A DNA stretch of 64,000 bases, from contig OZ024741.1 in assembly GCA_964016885.1 (NCBI GenBank), positions 6,758,001-6,822,000 on the forward strand. The letters run 5' to 3'. Position numbers and translations under genes: made by a program. Source of the stretch: Eledone cirrhosa (lineage: Eukaryota). Below are positions 41,673 through 52,219 of the stretch, piece by piece. Below the pieces are notes generated by a model. It was not told the DNA's origin. It worked only from the letters and a program-made list of their open reading frames with translations, and made no database searches. Numbering within the stretch: the first letter of the stretch is position 1; every line of letters begins with the position of its first letter.

Positions 41673-41819
41673 AGCATATGTCATGGCAGTAACACTGCTT
41701 TACAAGATTACAACAACCTCGTTGTTAGATTGCTATTTGTAGAGACAAAATAACTTAGTATTTATGTAAGATTTAAAATTGAATTAAATTATCCACTATG
41801 CTGGTTTTGATATATAAGG

Positions 41820-42070
41820 TCTCACATTGTTTAAACATTGATTAAGCAGCGCAAGGTAGTTTTAGCCCAAACCCCAGGAGTTACAAATATATACAACATA
41901 CAAAAGATAACACTACTAGGCACTGCACATATTCTGAAAAGTACTATCAATACAATAGAAACATCAGCAAATACTACACTGCACATACCCAAGGTACACA
42001 GAGCTGTGCTTTGTAATGCAGTGAGGATGTGCAATTTATAACAGATTAAAAAAAGAAACAACAAATTACC
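41820..42070 (+). mobile_element. R4/Dong-like (restriction-like endonuclease) non-LTR retrotransposon 3' terminus
   Basis: Peptide PGVTNIYNIQKITLLGTAHILK resembles the conserved C-terminal QK..LLGTA.ILR motif of R4-clade ORFs. Followed by a short UTR and an A-rich end. Confidence 0.55.
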
Positions 42071-42607
42071 CAAAGGTGAGGACTTCTAGGGCATGCACCC
42101 TCTCTCAGTTGTTTCATTACTGTAGGCACACGCTCAGGGTAGGCCCATTCACATGGGCCATTCTTGCCTTTCTCATCAACCTTTCAACAAACTGGCTGGA
42201 AAGTAGCACTTCCCACTCCATCCTGATTTTCTTTTTCAGGTAAAACCTGACAAAGTTAATGAGGGCGTTACCGAAGAGGAATGTGCCCGTCTTTAACCCT
42301 TTCATACAACCTTTTTCACCATGGCCACCAGGCAGATAAAAACATTTTCATGTCTGCTTTTCCATGTACTCTCGGTCCGAAATAGGAAAAATTAATAAGC
42401 AAGGAGGAATGATTATTTGAGGCCTGGGTGTAGATAGAAGTTCAATGGCTCCACTTCATCACATTTCATCAACTGATGTGATCTTTTGTCCTCTTCATCA
42501 TAAGATCCAGCACCACAAGATCATGTCGTGGGGCAGTATTGGTGTATTTTTTTTTGTATGTATTTTAACCTGTATTTTCTCTACAATTGACAACATTTTC
42601 TCTGTAG

Positions 42608-42839
42608 TTGAACAATTTACGACAAGCCAAGAATATTTTACTGCAAGTAGTCTACAGTTTAGCTGTTGCTGAGTCAGCTGTTGAATTTGAACACCGTGAT
42701 CTTCATTGGGGCAATGTTTTAGTGCACCCTTGTCCAGATGATGTGCTCAACTTCTCTATTAAAGGGGTGAATATATCTTTACCATTGATGGGGATGCAGG
42801 CAAGCATAATTGATTTCACCTTGTCCCGGCTTAGCAAAG
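42608..42839 (+). CDS. HASPIN: Haspin kinase exon with catalytic loop: LNNLRQAKNILLQVVYSLAVAESAVEFEHRDLHWGNVLV...QASIIDFTLSRLSK
   Basis: Acceptor ttttctctgtag, donor gtaggt; 232 nt, phase 0/1. Haspin-diagnostic SLAVAE..FEHRDLHWGNVL and IID(Y/F)TLSRL. Confidence 0.97.
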
Positions 42840-43684
42840 GTAGGTTGACAAGTTTTTCTTTACTTCAACAAAAGTTGTTTTGTTATTATACTGTTTCCCT
42901 TAAGTGGGTTCCAAGGAATCACAAAGTTCTGTAAAAAAATATTCTGGGATTTCACAAGACTTTTTATTTTATCCATGGCAAATTTCTATGTCTGGATGCC
43001 CTTCCTGATGCCAAATTATGGACTTAATGAGGAGCTATTTTTAGCATTCCTGTTGGTCCAGGTGATTGCCAAGGAATATGATCGATATTTTGTGTATTGA
43101 TAAAAATTATTTTGTATTTTTGCTCCTAACATTTGTAACTTAGTTAAGTTGTATTATGAACCTAATGCAGAGCTATTTTTAGCACTCCTGTTGGCCTTGC
43201 TTGTATCCTTCTGTTTAAGTGACATGGACATGTGTGTTCACAGTTGGTGTTATGACTGCATGTCTGATGCCAGAACTGTGTGTATTTTAGTAAGATACCA
43301 TCTACTAATAATGAGTCTAGTGTCTTAACGGTGCCACTTATCTAATAATGGTAATTGGCAATATTGTCGGCTCAAAACAGCTTTATAGGCTTTAGGAATC
43401 AGTTTTTACTATCTTCATGTTAGTTGCTTACTGTCCTGCTTCTTATGACTTTATAACTATATATCTCTACATAGTCTGGCATACATTTTGTCTAGGAAAT
43501 ATTAGCTGATGTATTATTGTCATTTCTTTACTATCACTCTCTCTCCTTTTTTGGAAGAAACCCAAGTTCAGACCTGGAGAGGAGATTTGTCAAGTTATAA
43601 ATAAAATACCCAAGACATTGCATATGTCACAATGGCATCCATACAACTCCATGAGAGTTGTATGGATCCATAAATATATACACA

Positions 43685-43748
<64 letters not shown>

Positions 43749-43832
43749 CATCATTATTGTCGTTTTAACGTCTGCTTTCCCTGATAATACACACACACAC
43801 ACACACACATTTAATTTCTTTTTCTTCTTCAG

Positions 43833-43935
43833 ATGGTTGTACTGTATTTTGTGATCTTTCTATCGATGAAGAGATTTTCCAAGGAACTGGAGATTACCAG
43901 TTTGATGTCTACCGAAAGATGAGAGATGAGACTGA
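43833..43935 (+). CDS. HASPIN: Haspin kinase exon, atypical activation segment: (D)GCTVFCDLSIDEEIFQGTGDYQFDVYRKMRDET
   Basis: Strong pyrimidine tract plus cag, donor gtaatt; 103 nt, phase 1/2. Matches Haspin DGIVVFCDVSMDEDLFTGDGDYQFDIYRLMK. Confidence 0.96.
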
Positions 43936-44009
43936 GTAATTGTTTTTTTCTCTTTCTGTTTTGATATATTTAAGTCTAAATAACTATAAATATACCAAGA
44001 AGGACTGCT

Positions 44010-45079
44010 TTAACCCATTTGATACCAAACTACCTGAAACTGACCCTCGGTCTATGATCCCAAACTGTTTATTTTAAATTATTTATCATCTTGATTGTTT
44101 AATGTCCCCATTCCCTATAAGCAAAGGTTGAACAGGTCATCTTTCTTACATATGACCTCATGCTCTCACTTAGGCTGATTTGAGAATGTAGGAACTATCT
44201 ACACAGCTGGAAAAACTATATACTGTCACCTGTTTTAAGTTCCAGTAGAGAGCAGGGGAAACACTGTCCTCATGATGGCCACAGCCTGAACTGTGTATTG
44301 AGAGTTGTCCCCTGCTACTTCTGCTGAAATCTGCTAGATGGCGCCAGCCATCAACCTTTCAATATTCATAGCTAAAAGGCTTTCCAAATGTTTATTCATT
44401 AAACATGCCATATATCTTTGGATATACAAAATTCACAAGCTCATTATATCTAAACTATAATAAAGAGAAGAGCGCGATACGACTGTGTCCAGAATATATT
44501 TTTTTATCCCGTTTGTAAAATAAGTTAGATTACTTTGAATAAATAATGAATAAACCAATGCTAGCGTGGAAGATAGATGTTAAACGATGATGATGATGAT
44601 GAATATTACATAATTTATCTACTAAATTTCGTAAGTCTTGATTATATATAAATAATTTAGCCTTTTCAAAGATTCCCTTCTTTAAAATGTTCAAATGTCA
44701 CTTCCGGTTAGCGCCCGTTATATTATAACACTTATAAAAACATTCATATATTTCCGTCACTAATTTTCTCCTAATGCAGTTTATATATAATATTGTCTTT
44801 TTTAATGTATCATGGATTACGTTACTGATTACATAAGACAGTGTAACACAGTTTTCGTTGAATTTCTGTGGAAATGCACATCCACGATTGTCCCCCTTTT
44901 TTCTGCTGGACACCACCAGAGGGCGAAAGCCCCAGTATTTTACATAAATACGGCTTTCTATAAACATATCGCATTTTGTTAGAAATACAAAATTTCAATA
45001 TATATATATATATATATAAACAATTTTTTGTAACATAAAGCAGGTGTGGTCTTTGGCAGTTTAGCAGCAAAAGGGTTAA
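44010..45079. mobile_element. Possible TTAA-flanked (piggyBac-like) non-autonomous DNA element ends
   Basis: Left TTAA|CCCATTTGATACCAAACT, right AGTTTAGCAGCAAAAGGG|TTAA. These are diverged inverted ends and may be two independent fragments. Confidence 0.35.
44286..44435 (-). repeat. Interspersed repeat copy 2 (inverted relative to 37185-37335)
   Basis: ctgctagatggcgccagccatcaacctttcaatattcatagct is the reverse complement, with substitutions, of agctatgactattgaaaggttgacggctagcgccatctagtgg. Confidence 0.65.
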
Positions 45080-45199
45080 AAAAATAAAAAGAAAGTTGAT
45101 GAAAACAATTTTCTCTACATTTTCATATCAACCTGTCCTAATCTGCCTCTGGTCCCATGGAAGACAAAAATACATTTTAAAAGGTTCCTATTTAAATTA

Positions 45200-45800
45200 A
45201 AATCTTCCAAAATAATTTATAATATAATAATAATGAAAATATTGTGTACAGTGCTCGGGTGCACTACAACTCATCAAAAAGTGTATGTATAGTACATAGG
45301 GTAATGTACAAACGTCGGGAAAATGAACAGTACATGAGTCATGATATACACGTGTGCATGTGTATGGAAGAGGTACATCAGGTGTAGTTTTGGCGAATTT
45401 CAGGAAGCATGAGTGTTTTAAAGGATGCAGTGTCTCAGCAGCTAACAACTGACACAGGCAGTTTGTTCCATGTTTCAGCAACTCTGAGCATGAAAAAATG
45501 TTTCCGAAAGTCATGGGAGCTGTGCTGCTTTCTGATTTTGTAGGCATGTCCACGTATGTTAGAGACATGGAGATCAAAAAGGTGCTCAGGGTTGTTGTTG
45601 ACGAGATGGTTAATAACTTTGTAGGTGTTTACCAAGTCCATTGCCAGACGTCAGAGCTTCAATGAATCCATGCCCAGGGAAGCAAGGCGTTCAGAGTATG
45701 GAGGGTATGCGCTTGGTTGCACGTCTCTGAACAGTTTCCAGGAGGTCAATGTTCTGAGCAAGATAGGGATTCCAGACTGATGATGTGAATTCCAATTTGA
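45200..45800 (-). mobile_element. CR1-clade LINE 3' end
   Basis: Minus strand reads LEFTSSVWNPYLAQNIDLLETVQRRATKRI..YSERLASLG..RGHAYKIRKQ..RKHFFMLRVAETWNKLP, a typical CR1 ORF2 C-terminus. The 3' UTR is repeated at 47965-48120. Confidence 0.88.
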
Positions 45801-45944
45801 CATAAGAACCTTTTATTAGATTATTTTACAAACACCATCTTAATGAAATAATTATTTTAGTAAATCCTTCCAAATTCTTAATTAATTCAATACAGTGTTA
45901 TTCTAAATATGGCAAAGAAAGAGATAAGATTTGATTGTTTGTTA

Positions 45945-47075
45945 AGACATCATCTCCTACTTATTCCTGAGAGGGTGATGGGGCCAAGTCCTCAAACTTG
46001 CCTTCCAGCTGCTCCTGTCAAAAGCAACCATCTCCAACTGATCCGGCTGGATCCCCAAGCGTGACAGCCAAGCTCATGGATGTTATCCAACCATCTTGCA
46101 TGGGTTCTGCCTCAGGGTCTCTTGCCAGTTGCTTGTGATGATTTGTCCAGCGATTCTTTCCTGAGATATTTTAACTACATGGCCATAGTATCAGAGCTGT
46201 GATCTTTTAAATTTGGAGAAGTAATGGCTCTACCTGGAGTGACTCTCTGATCTCCAAGCTACACTCTACCTGGAGTGACTCTCTGATCTCCAAGCTACAC
46301 TCTACCTGGAGTGACTCTCTGATCTCCAAGCTACACTCTACCTGGAGTGACTCTCTGATCTCCAAGCTACGTTCTATCGAGTAACGTTACTCCAAAAGTA
46401 GTGGCTCTATCTGGAGTGACTCTGATCTCCGAGCTACACTCTACCTGGAGTGACTCTCTGATCTCCAAGCTGCACTCTATCGAGTAACGTTACTCCAGAA
46501 GTAGTGGCTCTACCTGGAGTGACTCTCTGATCTCCAAGCTGCACTCTATCGAGTAACGTTACTCCAGAAGTAGTGGCTCTATCTGGAGTGACTCTGATCT
46601 CCGAGCTACACTCTACCTGGAGTGACTCTCTGATCTCAAAGCTACACTCTATCGAGTAACGTTACTCCAGAAGTAGTGGCTCTACCTGGAGTGACTCTCT
46701 GATCTCCAAGCTGCACTCTATCGAGTAACGTTACTCCAGAAGTAGTGGCTCTACCTGGAGTGACTCTCTGATCTCCAAGCTGCACTCTATCGAGTAACGT
46801 TACTCCAGAAGTAGTGGCTCTACCTGGAGTGACTCTCTGATCTCCAAGCTGCACTCTATCGAGTAACGTTACTCCAGAAGTAGTGGCTCTACCTGGAGTG
46901 ACTCTCTGATCTCCAAGCTGCACTCTATCGAGTAACGTTACTCCAGAAGTAGTGGCTCTATCTGGAGTGACTCTGATCTCCGAGCTACACTCTACCTGGA
47001 GTGACTCTGATCTCCGAGCTACACTCTACCTGGAGTGACTCTGATCTCCGAGCTACACTCTATCAAGTAACGTTC
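45945..47075 (-). mobile_element. RTE-clade LINE fragment (family B) whose coding segment is amplified into a 36/69-bp array
   Basis: Minus strand reads GVTLLDRV..EIRESLQVEPLLLQI..YYGHVV..WLDNIHELG. Confidence 0.78.
46225..47075. repeat. Composite 36-bp / 69-bp minisatellite
   Basis: tacctggagtgactctctgatctccaagctacactc repeats at 46231, 46267 and onward. The longer unit adds tatcgagtaacgttactccagaagtagtggctc (23-aa periodicity in the ORF track). Confidence 0.95.
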
Positions 47076-47118
47076 ACATGTTTTTTTGTTAATTTTTGCT
47101 TTAATATTTATTTTTCAG

Positions 47119-47332
47119 AGACCAGTGGAGTCGTTACTGCCCCAAGACCAATGTCTTATGGATCCACTATCTCGCGGACAAGCTACTGAATTGTAAAAAA
47201 TACGAACAAGTGACTCGTGCTGACCGAGAGATTCTCCGATCGTTACGACAATTTGTAAACGAAGCAACACAATACATGTCGGCTGTTGATTTGGTCTTCT
47301 CCTGTGATTTTATGCAAATAAGCGATGTGTGA
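47119..47332 (+). CDS. HASPIN: Haspin kinase terminal exon: DQWSRYCPKTNVLWIHYLADKLLNCKKYEQ...LRQFVNEATQYMSAVDLVFSCDFMQISDV*
   Basis: Acceptor tatttttcag; 214 nt, phase 2, TGA at 47330-47332. Matches Haspin NRWGEYHPYSNVLWLHYLTDKML...FSSATDLL. Confidence 0.95.
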
Positions 47333-47379
47333 ATGTTTTGTGGGTATTTCTGGATTTTTTAATAATTTCTATTTTAAAT

Positions 47380-47460
47380 GGATGTGGTTAAGTAGTCTGC
47401 TTTGTAACCACATAGATTTCGGTTCAGTACTCCTGCGAGACACCATGGTGTCTTCTATAG
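47380..47460 (+). mobile_element. tRNA-derived SINE head fragment in the Haspin 3' region
   Basis: tgtggttaagtagtctgctt..accacat..ggttcagtactcctgcg shows degenerate A-box and B-box spacing. Confidence 0.45.
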
Positions 47461-47790
47461 TCATCAATGTCACCATCACAATCATCATCGTCATCATCAC
47501 CATCGTCATCACTACCAATACCACGACCACCTTCCACGCTGTCATCAAATAGACAAGCTGTCACAGTGTGACCAACCTTATTTCGTCCATATACTCTTAT
47601 TTCACATGGTTGCTCCAGCTGGATGTCCTTCCTAATGTCACCTTACAGGCTGTATTGTGTATGTTTTATTATCATGACACCATCACTACCACTTTACAGA
47701 GTGTACTGGGTGTATTTTATTGTGGTACCAACGCTACCACTTTACAGTGTACTGGGTGTATTTTATTGTGGTTCCAACACCAGATGTTGT
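47460..47790 (-). mobile_element. SINE / RTE-UTR-type fragment with (CAT/CAC)n tail
   Basis: gctggatgtccttcctaatgtcacc..acagagtgtactgggtgta matches the 61-bp array unit and 37530-37625. Confidence 0.6.
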
Positions 47791-47964
47791 CACATGTTCA
47801 CCTAGTCTGAAGAATCCTCTTAAATCCTAAATTCTCAGAGTGCTGGGACAGGTCTTCTGTATTATGGAAGCAGCCGAAATATATAAAATAAGTACCAGAC
47901 ATAAAAGAATTGAGTACTTGAGTTATGATTAAGCAGCTTAGTGTTCCTCGCCACAGCCACAGTC

Positions 47965-48120
47965 TATAAATTGTACATAAAATAGAATAATATTGAAAAT
48001 GATTGTGTACAGTGCTCAGATGCACTACAACTCGTCAAAGGTGCATGTATAGCACATAGAATAATGTACAAATGCCAGGAAAGTGAACTGTACGAGTCAT
48101 GGTATACATAACAGGATATG
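47965..48120 (-). mobile_element. CR1 3' UTR fragment
   Basis: attgtgtacagtgctcagatgcactacaactc..taatgtacaaa matches 45241-45345. Confidence 0.7.
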
Positions 48121-48155
48121 AAGAGATAAACTGTTAAAAAAACTTTTAACCTGAC

Positions 48156-48161
48156 AATAAA
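48156..48161 (+). promoter_or_regulatory. Candidate Haspin polyadenylation signal AATAAA
   Basis: First canonical hexamer I noticed after the stop codon, followed by T-rich sequence. No transcript evidence. Confidence 0.25.
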
Positions 48162-48244
48162 ATGTTTAAAATCCATGTTTGATTTTCTTATTTAATTATT
48201 ACATCTGATGTGACTTCTATAACTGCTCAACTTATGAGACTCCA

Positions 48245-48553
48245 CCTGACAGGCTCCGCCCCGGCAGGCCCTGCCCCGACTGGCCCTGCCCCGACAGGCT
48301 CCGCCCCGACTGGCCCTGCCCCGACTGGCCCTTCCCCGACTGGCTCCGCCCCGACTGGCCCTGCCCCGACTGGCCCTGCCCCGACTGGCCCTGCCCCGAC
48401 TGGCTCTGCCCCGACTGGCTCTGCCCCGACTGGCTCCGCCCCGACTGGCTCCGCCCCGACTGGCTCCGCCCCGACTGGCTCCGCCCCGACTGGCTCCGCC
48501 CCGACTGGCTCCGCCCCGACTGGCCCCGCCCCGACTGGCCCCGCCCTGACAGA
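48245..48553. repeat. GC-rich 15-bp minisatellite (CTCCGCCCCGACTGG), about 20 copies
   Basis: Direct inspection. Explains the GGASR, GSAPT and GAEPV repeat ORFs. Confidence 0.96.
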
Positions 48554-48669
48554 CTTCATCCATTCACATTACTTTGTGGCATTGTCTCTTCTTGGTGGCA
48601 TCAGCCATTTTTTATAGAAACATAATGGTTTATGATTTAGGCAGGTCCACAATTTTGGATGGGGGGAAA

Positions 48670-48810
48670 ATCAATTAAATTGACCTCAGTGTATTACTGG
48701 TACTTTAAGTTATTGACCCCATAAAGATGAAAGGCAAAGCTAACCTCAGCAGGATTTGAACTCTGTACAGAAAGGGATACCACAAACCGTGTTGTCTGAT
48801 ACTCTACCGA
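48670..48810 (-). mobile_element. tRNA-derived SINE fragment
   Basis: actggtacttt..ttgacccc..gatgaaaggcaaagctaacctcagcaggatttgaactc, same family as 36825-36920. Confidence 0.6.
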
Positions 48811-48994
48811 CTGTCAATCCACCACCCTTGTTTGTACAAAGACAGCACTATGTGTAAGATCCAGGGTAACATCCTGTGTGTCTATGGTAAAAAACAGGGG
48901 ATACACTATGATATTGATATCTTTACACTTTATATAATTATATTCACAGCTCCTGAAAAGCCGAAAATTCGGCTTCATACATTGTTTATATATA

Positions 48995-49873
48995 CGAGGC
49001 GTCAGAAAAGTTCCAGGGCTGATGTCACAAAAGATTTATTTCAAACCCAAACTTCACACTAAGTTTTCTCCTTCAAAGTAATCCTCCTGGAGTCTAATGT
49101 ACTTTTCCATCCTTTTCTGCCACGCTTGCATGCACTCCTGGAAGGATTCTTCCAGGATCCTCTGCAGTTCCATCGTCACAGCCTTTTTTGATGTCGTCCA
49201 CGTCTTCAAAACGGGTCCCCTCCGGGTCGTACTCGAAGATCCATGATGACTGTCCCTAGCAAGTCTGGTTCGGTTTCAAGACGCTCGAGGATGTCCTGGC
49301 ACACTTGCATGCGTCGACCCTTCTGGTCATCGTTCAGCAGTCTTGGCACCATCTTCGCGCAGACTTTCCGCATGTCCAAATCTTCAGTGAGAATCTTCCA
49401 GACGCTGTCCCGATTCATGCCCAGCTCATTTGCCATCAGTCGAACAGTCAGCCGACGATCGCTACGCACCATCTACCTGACATGCTCAACGTTGACCTCA
49501 GTCTTGGTTGTTGAGGGCCTTCCGCTCCTAGGGTCATCTTCCACGTCCTTGTGTCCTTCTTTAAACCTCTTGCACCACTCAAAAACACGTGAGTGTGACA
49601 TCGTCTCATCTCCATACACTTGCTGCAGCAATCCCAGTGCTTCTGGCGGAGTTTTCAAGTTTGTTCGTTGCTCTGTGCTCATTGCTTGACGACCTGAAAC
49701 AGAGGACATGTATATAAAATTATGAAGAAAAAAGTTTGATCGCTGCAGAAAGCTAAGATTACAGTTACATACTCCAGGGGGATTACTTTGAAGGAGAAAA
49801 CTCTTAGTGTGAAGTTTGGGTTTGAAATAAATCTTTTGTGACATCAGTCCTGGAACTTTTCTGACACACCTCA
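48995..49873 (-). mobile_element. Internally deleted mariner transposon (irritans/Hsmar2-like ends), about 100-bp inverted termini, TA flanks
   Basis: TA|CGAGGCGTCAGAAAAGTTCCAGG ... CCTGGAACTTTTCTGACACACCTCA|TA. Transposase remnants EQRTNLK..VYGDETMS..VFEWCKRFKEG..DDPRSGRPST..DRRLTVR..KVCAKMVPRLL and C-terminal RMEKYIRLQEDYFEGEN. In-frame stop present; catalytic DDD region deleted. Confidence 0.93.
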
Positions 49874-50389
49874 TATATATATATGTGGAAGAGGCTATAT
49901 AGCCAGTCCTGATAAAATACTCCCAGGCTATTTAGCCGTTAAGAGTGTTAGACACCATGAGATGCAGCCCAAGTTAAGACAATTTGAAATCTTTTCCACC
50001 ATCAAATGTTACAAAACAAGTTAAAATCATTTAGTCATCATATAATTCTGCTTGTGTTTCGTCCATTTGTAACTTATGTTAGGCTTTAGTTACATACACA
50101 CACAGCTACTGAGTTACATACACACACATCTACTGTGTTACACACACACAACTATTGAGTTACACACACACACACACACACATATCTACTGAGTTACACA
50201 CACATCTGAGTTCCATGGCTTAAGAATTTTAGCAGAAAGTCACGACCTGGGTTCTAAAACCCTATTATTTAGTGGTAAAATAAGCTTCTGGGATCCCAGC
50301 TAGAGTTGCACTCCTTCACTGTTTACTGGTAAAATAACCTTAAAAAGCATGTTTGTCTATTTTGCCGGGACCAGCTTCGGTGCCTATTC

Positions 50390-50722
50390 CTATATATCTA
50401 TGCATGAACGACCAAGCATAGACGAGTTGAGAAAGAAACTGGGTATAAGGGGGATAAGTTTTGGTGTGCAGGAGAGATGAGATGGTATGGACATGTGATG
50501 CGCATGGAGGATGACCGCTGGGTAAAGAAGTGCCAAGAAATTCCAGTAGAAGGAAGACGAGGTAGACCACAAAAAACATGGGTGGAGGTGGTGAGAGCAG
50601 ACCTCAGATCACTGAAACTCACAGAGGAGATGACGAAGGACTGTGACAAGTGGAAAGATGCTGTGCTGAATAGGACCCATCCCACCCTTGCAAGCAGGGA
50701 AAAGCAGACGTAAAATGATGAT
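50390..50722 (+). mobile_element. RTE-clade LINE 3' end with short tail
   Basis: MRWYGHVMRMEDDRWVKKCQEIPVEGRRGRPQKTW.EVVRADL; tail cccttgcaagcagggaaaagcagacgtaaaatgatgat. Confidence 0.88.
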
Positions 50723-50735
50723 ATATATGTATGTA

Positions 50736-51730
50736 TGTAAAAGGTAAACAGAAATAACAACACAATCGGTACAGTATATGGAAGGGATATATTAGGTTAA
50801 CGCTTGATATAGCAGGAAGAGGGTCTTAACGTTTTGGATGCTAGTCCTTCATCAGAAGAAAGAATGAGAAATAAGATAGATTGAGGGGACGGGCGGGTTG
50901 AAATTGGAAAAAATGTCTTTAGATAAAAATAAAAGGTCCCTTCCTGTTGACATTTCTTGGAAAACTGTTGGTGCTGGCGTTTTGTGTATTTGTTTTTTAG
51001 AAAAGTGGATGATGGAGCACGTCTACCTGGAATGGAAAAAAAAACGTTTTGTAAAAAGGGCCATACTTGTGCACGTGTATGTGTGTTATACGGCTGTGCA
51101 TAGCTAAGAGGATATGTGTGTGTATATATGTATGTAAAGGAGTGTGTGTGTGTATACAGAGCTGTGAAGGAAAAAGTAGTGTGTGCATATTTTGTTGGTC
51201 TGTATCAAGTGTAAGAGTATAGAGAGCCATAGGGATGAATGTAGAAGTGTGTGTTAACGGGCGAGGTATTGAAGAAATTGGGGAAGGAAGTTGAGTCCAT
51301 GAGGAAAACCGGACCCAAGGTGGTAAATCAGACTCTATTTAGTCCTGGTGTGCAAGGCCTGCGATCCGTGATGTAAAAGGACACCAAGGACTGAGACATG
51401 TAAGGAAGAGTGACCAGGAAAACAGAAATGACGGGCGACAGGAGTATCGAAACTGAGTATTTCCCTGAAATGTTGAGCAAAGTGTGCTGCCATAGGAACA
51501 GCGGAGGGCTCAGACAATGTGGGTGGAGGTGAATGTGGGGTGGATACGGAATGAACTGTTGGGGCTTGTAAGAGTGGTGAGGGTGGAAATGAAAGGACAA
51601 GTGTTACAGTGGGGATAAGAGTTGGGTGGAGTCGTAGGAGAAGACGAGAAGGAACTGCGTAGGTCGCGAAGGTTACGGGTGCACTTAAACACGGTGATAG
51701 GTAGGTTAGGATGTGCAGAAAGTTCATTGA
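50736..51730 (-). mobile_element. Penelope-like element (Neptune/Poseidon type) 3' end: degenerate GIY-YIG endonuclease plus pLTR
   Basis: Minus-strand fragments PITVFKCTRNLRDL..HCNTCPFI..FRIHPTFTSTHIV and FAQHFREILSFDTPVARHFCFPGH..LIYHLGSGFPHGLN, with a hammerhead in the downstream UTR. Confidence 0.75.
50824..50859 (-). ncRNA. Minimal type I hammerhead ribozyme, mutated (GAAA to AAAA)
   Basis: Minus strand: tctt-CTGATGA-agga ctagca tcc-AAAAC-GTT|aaga. Stem I tctt/aaga; palindromic stem III AACGTT. Confidence 0.75.
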
Positions 51731-52219
51731 ATCCGAAGAAAACTGGTGAAAGAACCAAAGTCAGCTCTCGATATAGAGTAGAGTGTTTACAAACGATGAA
51801 CCACCAGCACCCCTCTGTATCAACTCCACGGGGACTCACCTGCACCACAAGGAGACTCGAGCATACCAACCTGGGTCCTGGAATCAACAGATTCGTTGCG
51901 GGTCGCAGTTGAAATGTGACCCCATAATACCACCCCCACTACTCCTGGCACCTTAGAACAAACGTACCAGGCCTCTTCTTCTGGGGCCTGGAAGAGTGCT
52001 TTCTAGGTTTGAGATTCTGAATAATTGTATGCATCGAAGGATCCATCGGTTCGCCCATCTCGCAGGTGGGTGCACCACAAGGGGCCACAGTCTTACTTAG
52101 GGGGCTACCAACCCTGTCCTACCATGGTAGCCCCATTACTCGTCCCAGAGCACCAACACCCCTTTTCTTGAGTTTTTTGTGAGTGTATTTTTGTAATGTG
52201 TATATAGGACAGTCTGGGA

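Noticed and set aside
42840-42934. C-terminal extension GRLTSFSLL.. of the 108-aa kinase ORF
   Set aside because: Read-through past the gtaggt donor; Haspin homology resumes at 43833.
43032-43195. About 25-bp direct repeat gagctatttttagca.tcctgttgg
   Set aside because: Isolated small duplication with no element structure between the copies.
39527-47075. CRISPR-like arrays (28-, 36-, 56-, 61-bp periodicities)
   Set aside because: Units are head-to-tail with no unique spacers, there are no cas genes, and the context is spliceosomal introns.
48192-48617. RGG-like (GGASR) or Pro/Thr repeat proteins
   Set aside because: A 15-bp minisatellite is open in several frames; no splice or homology support.
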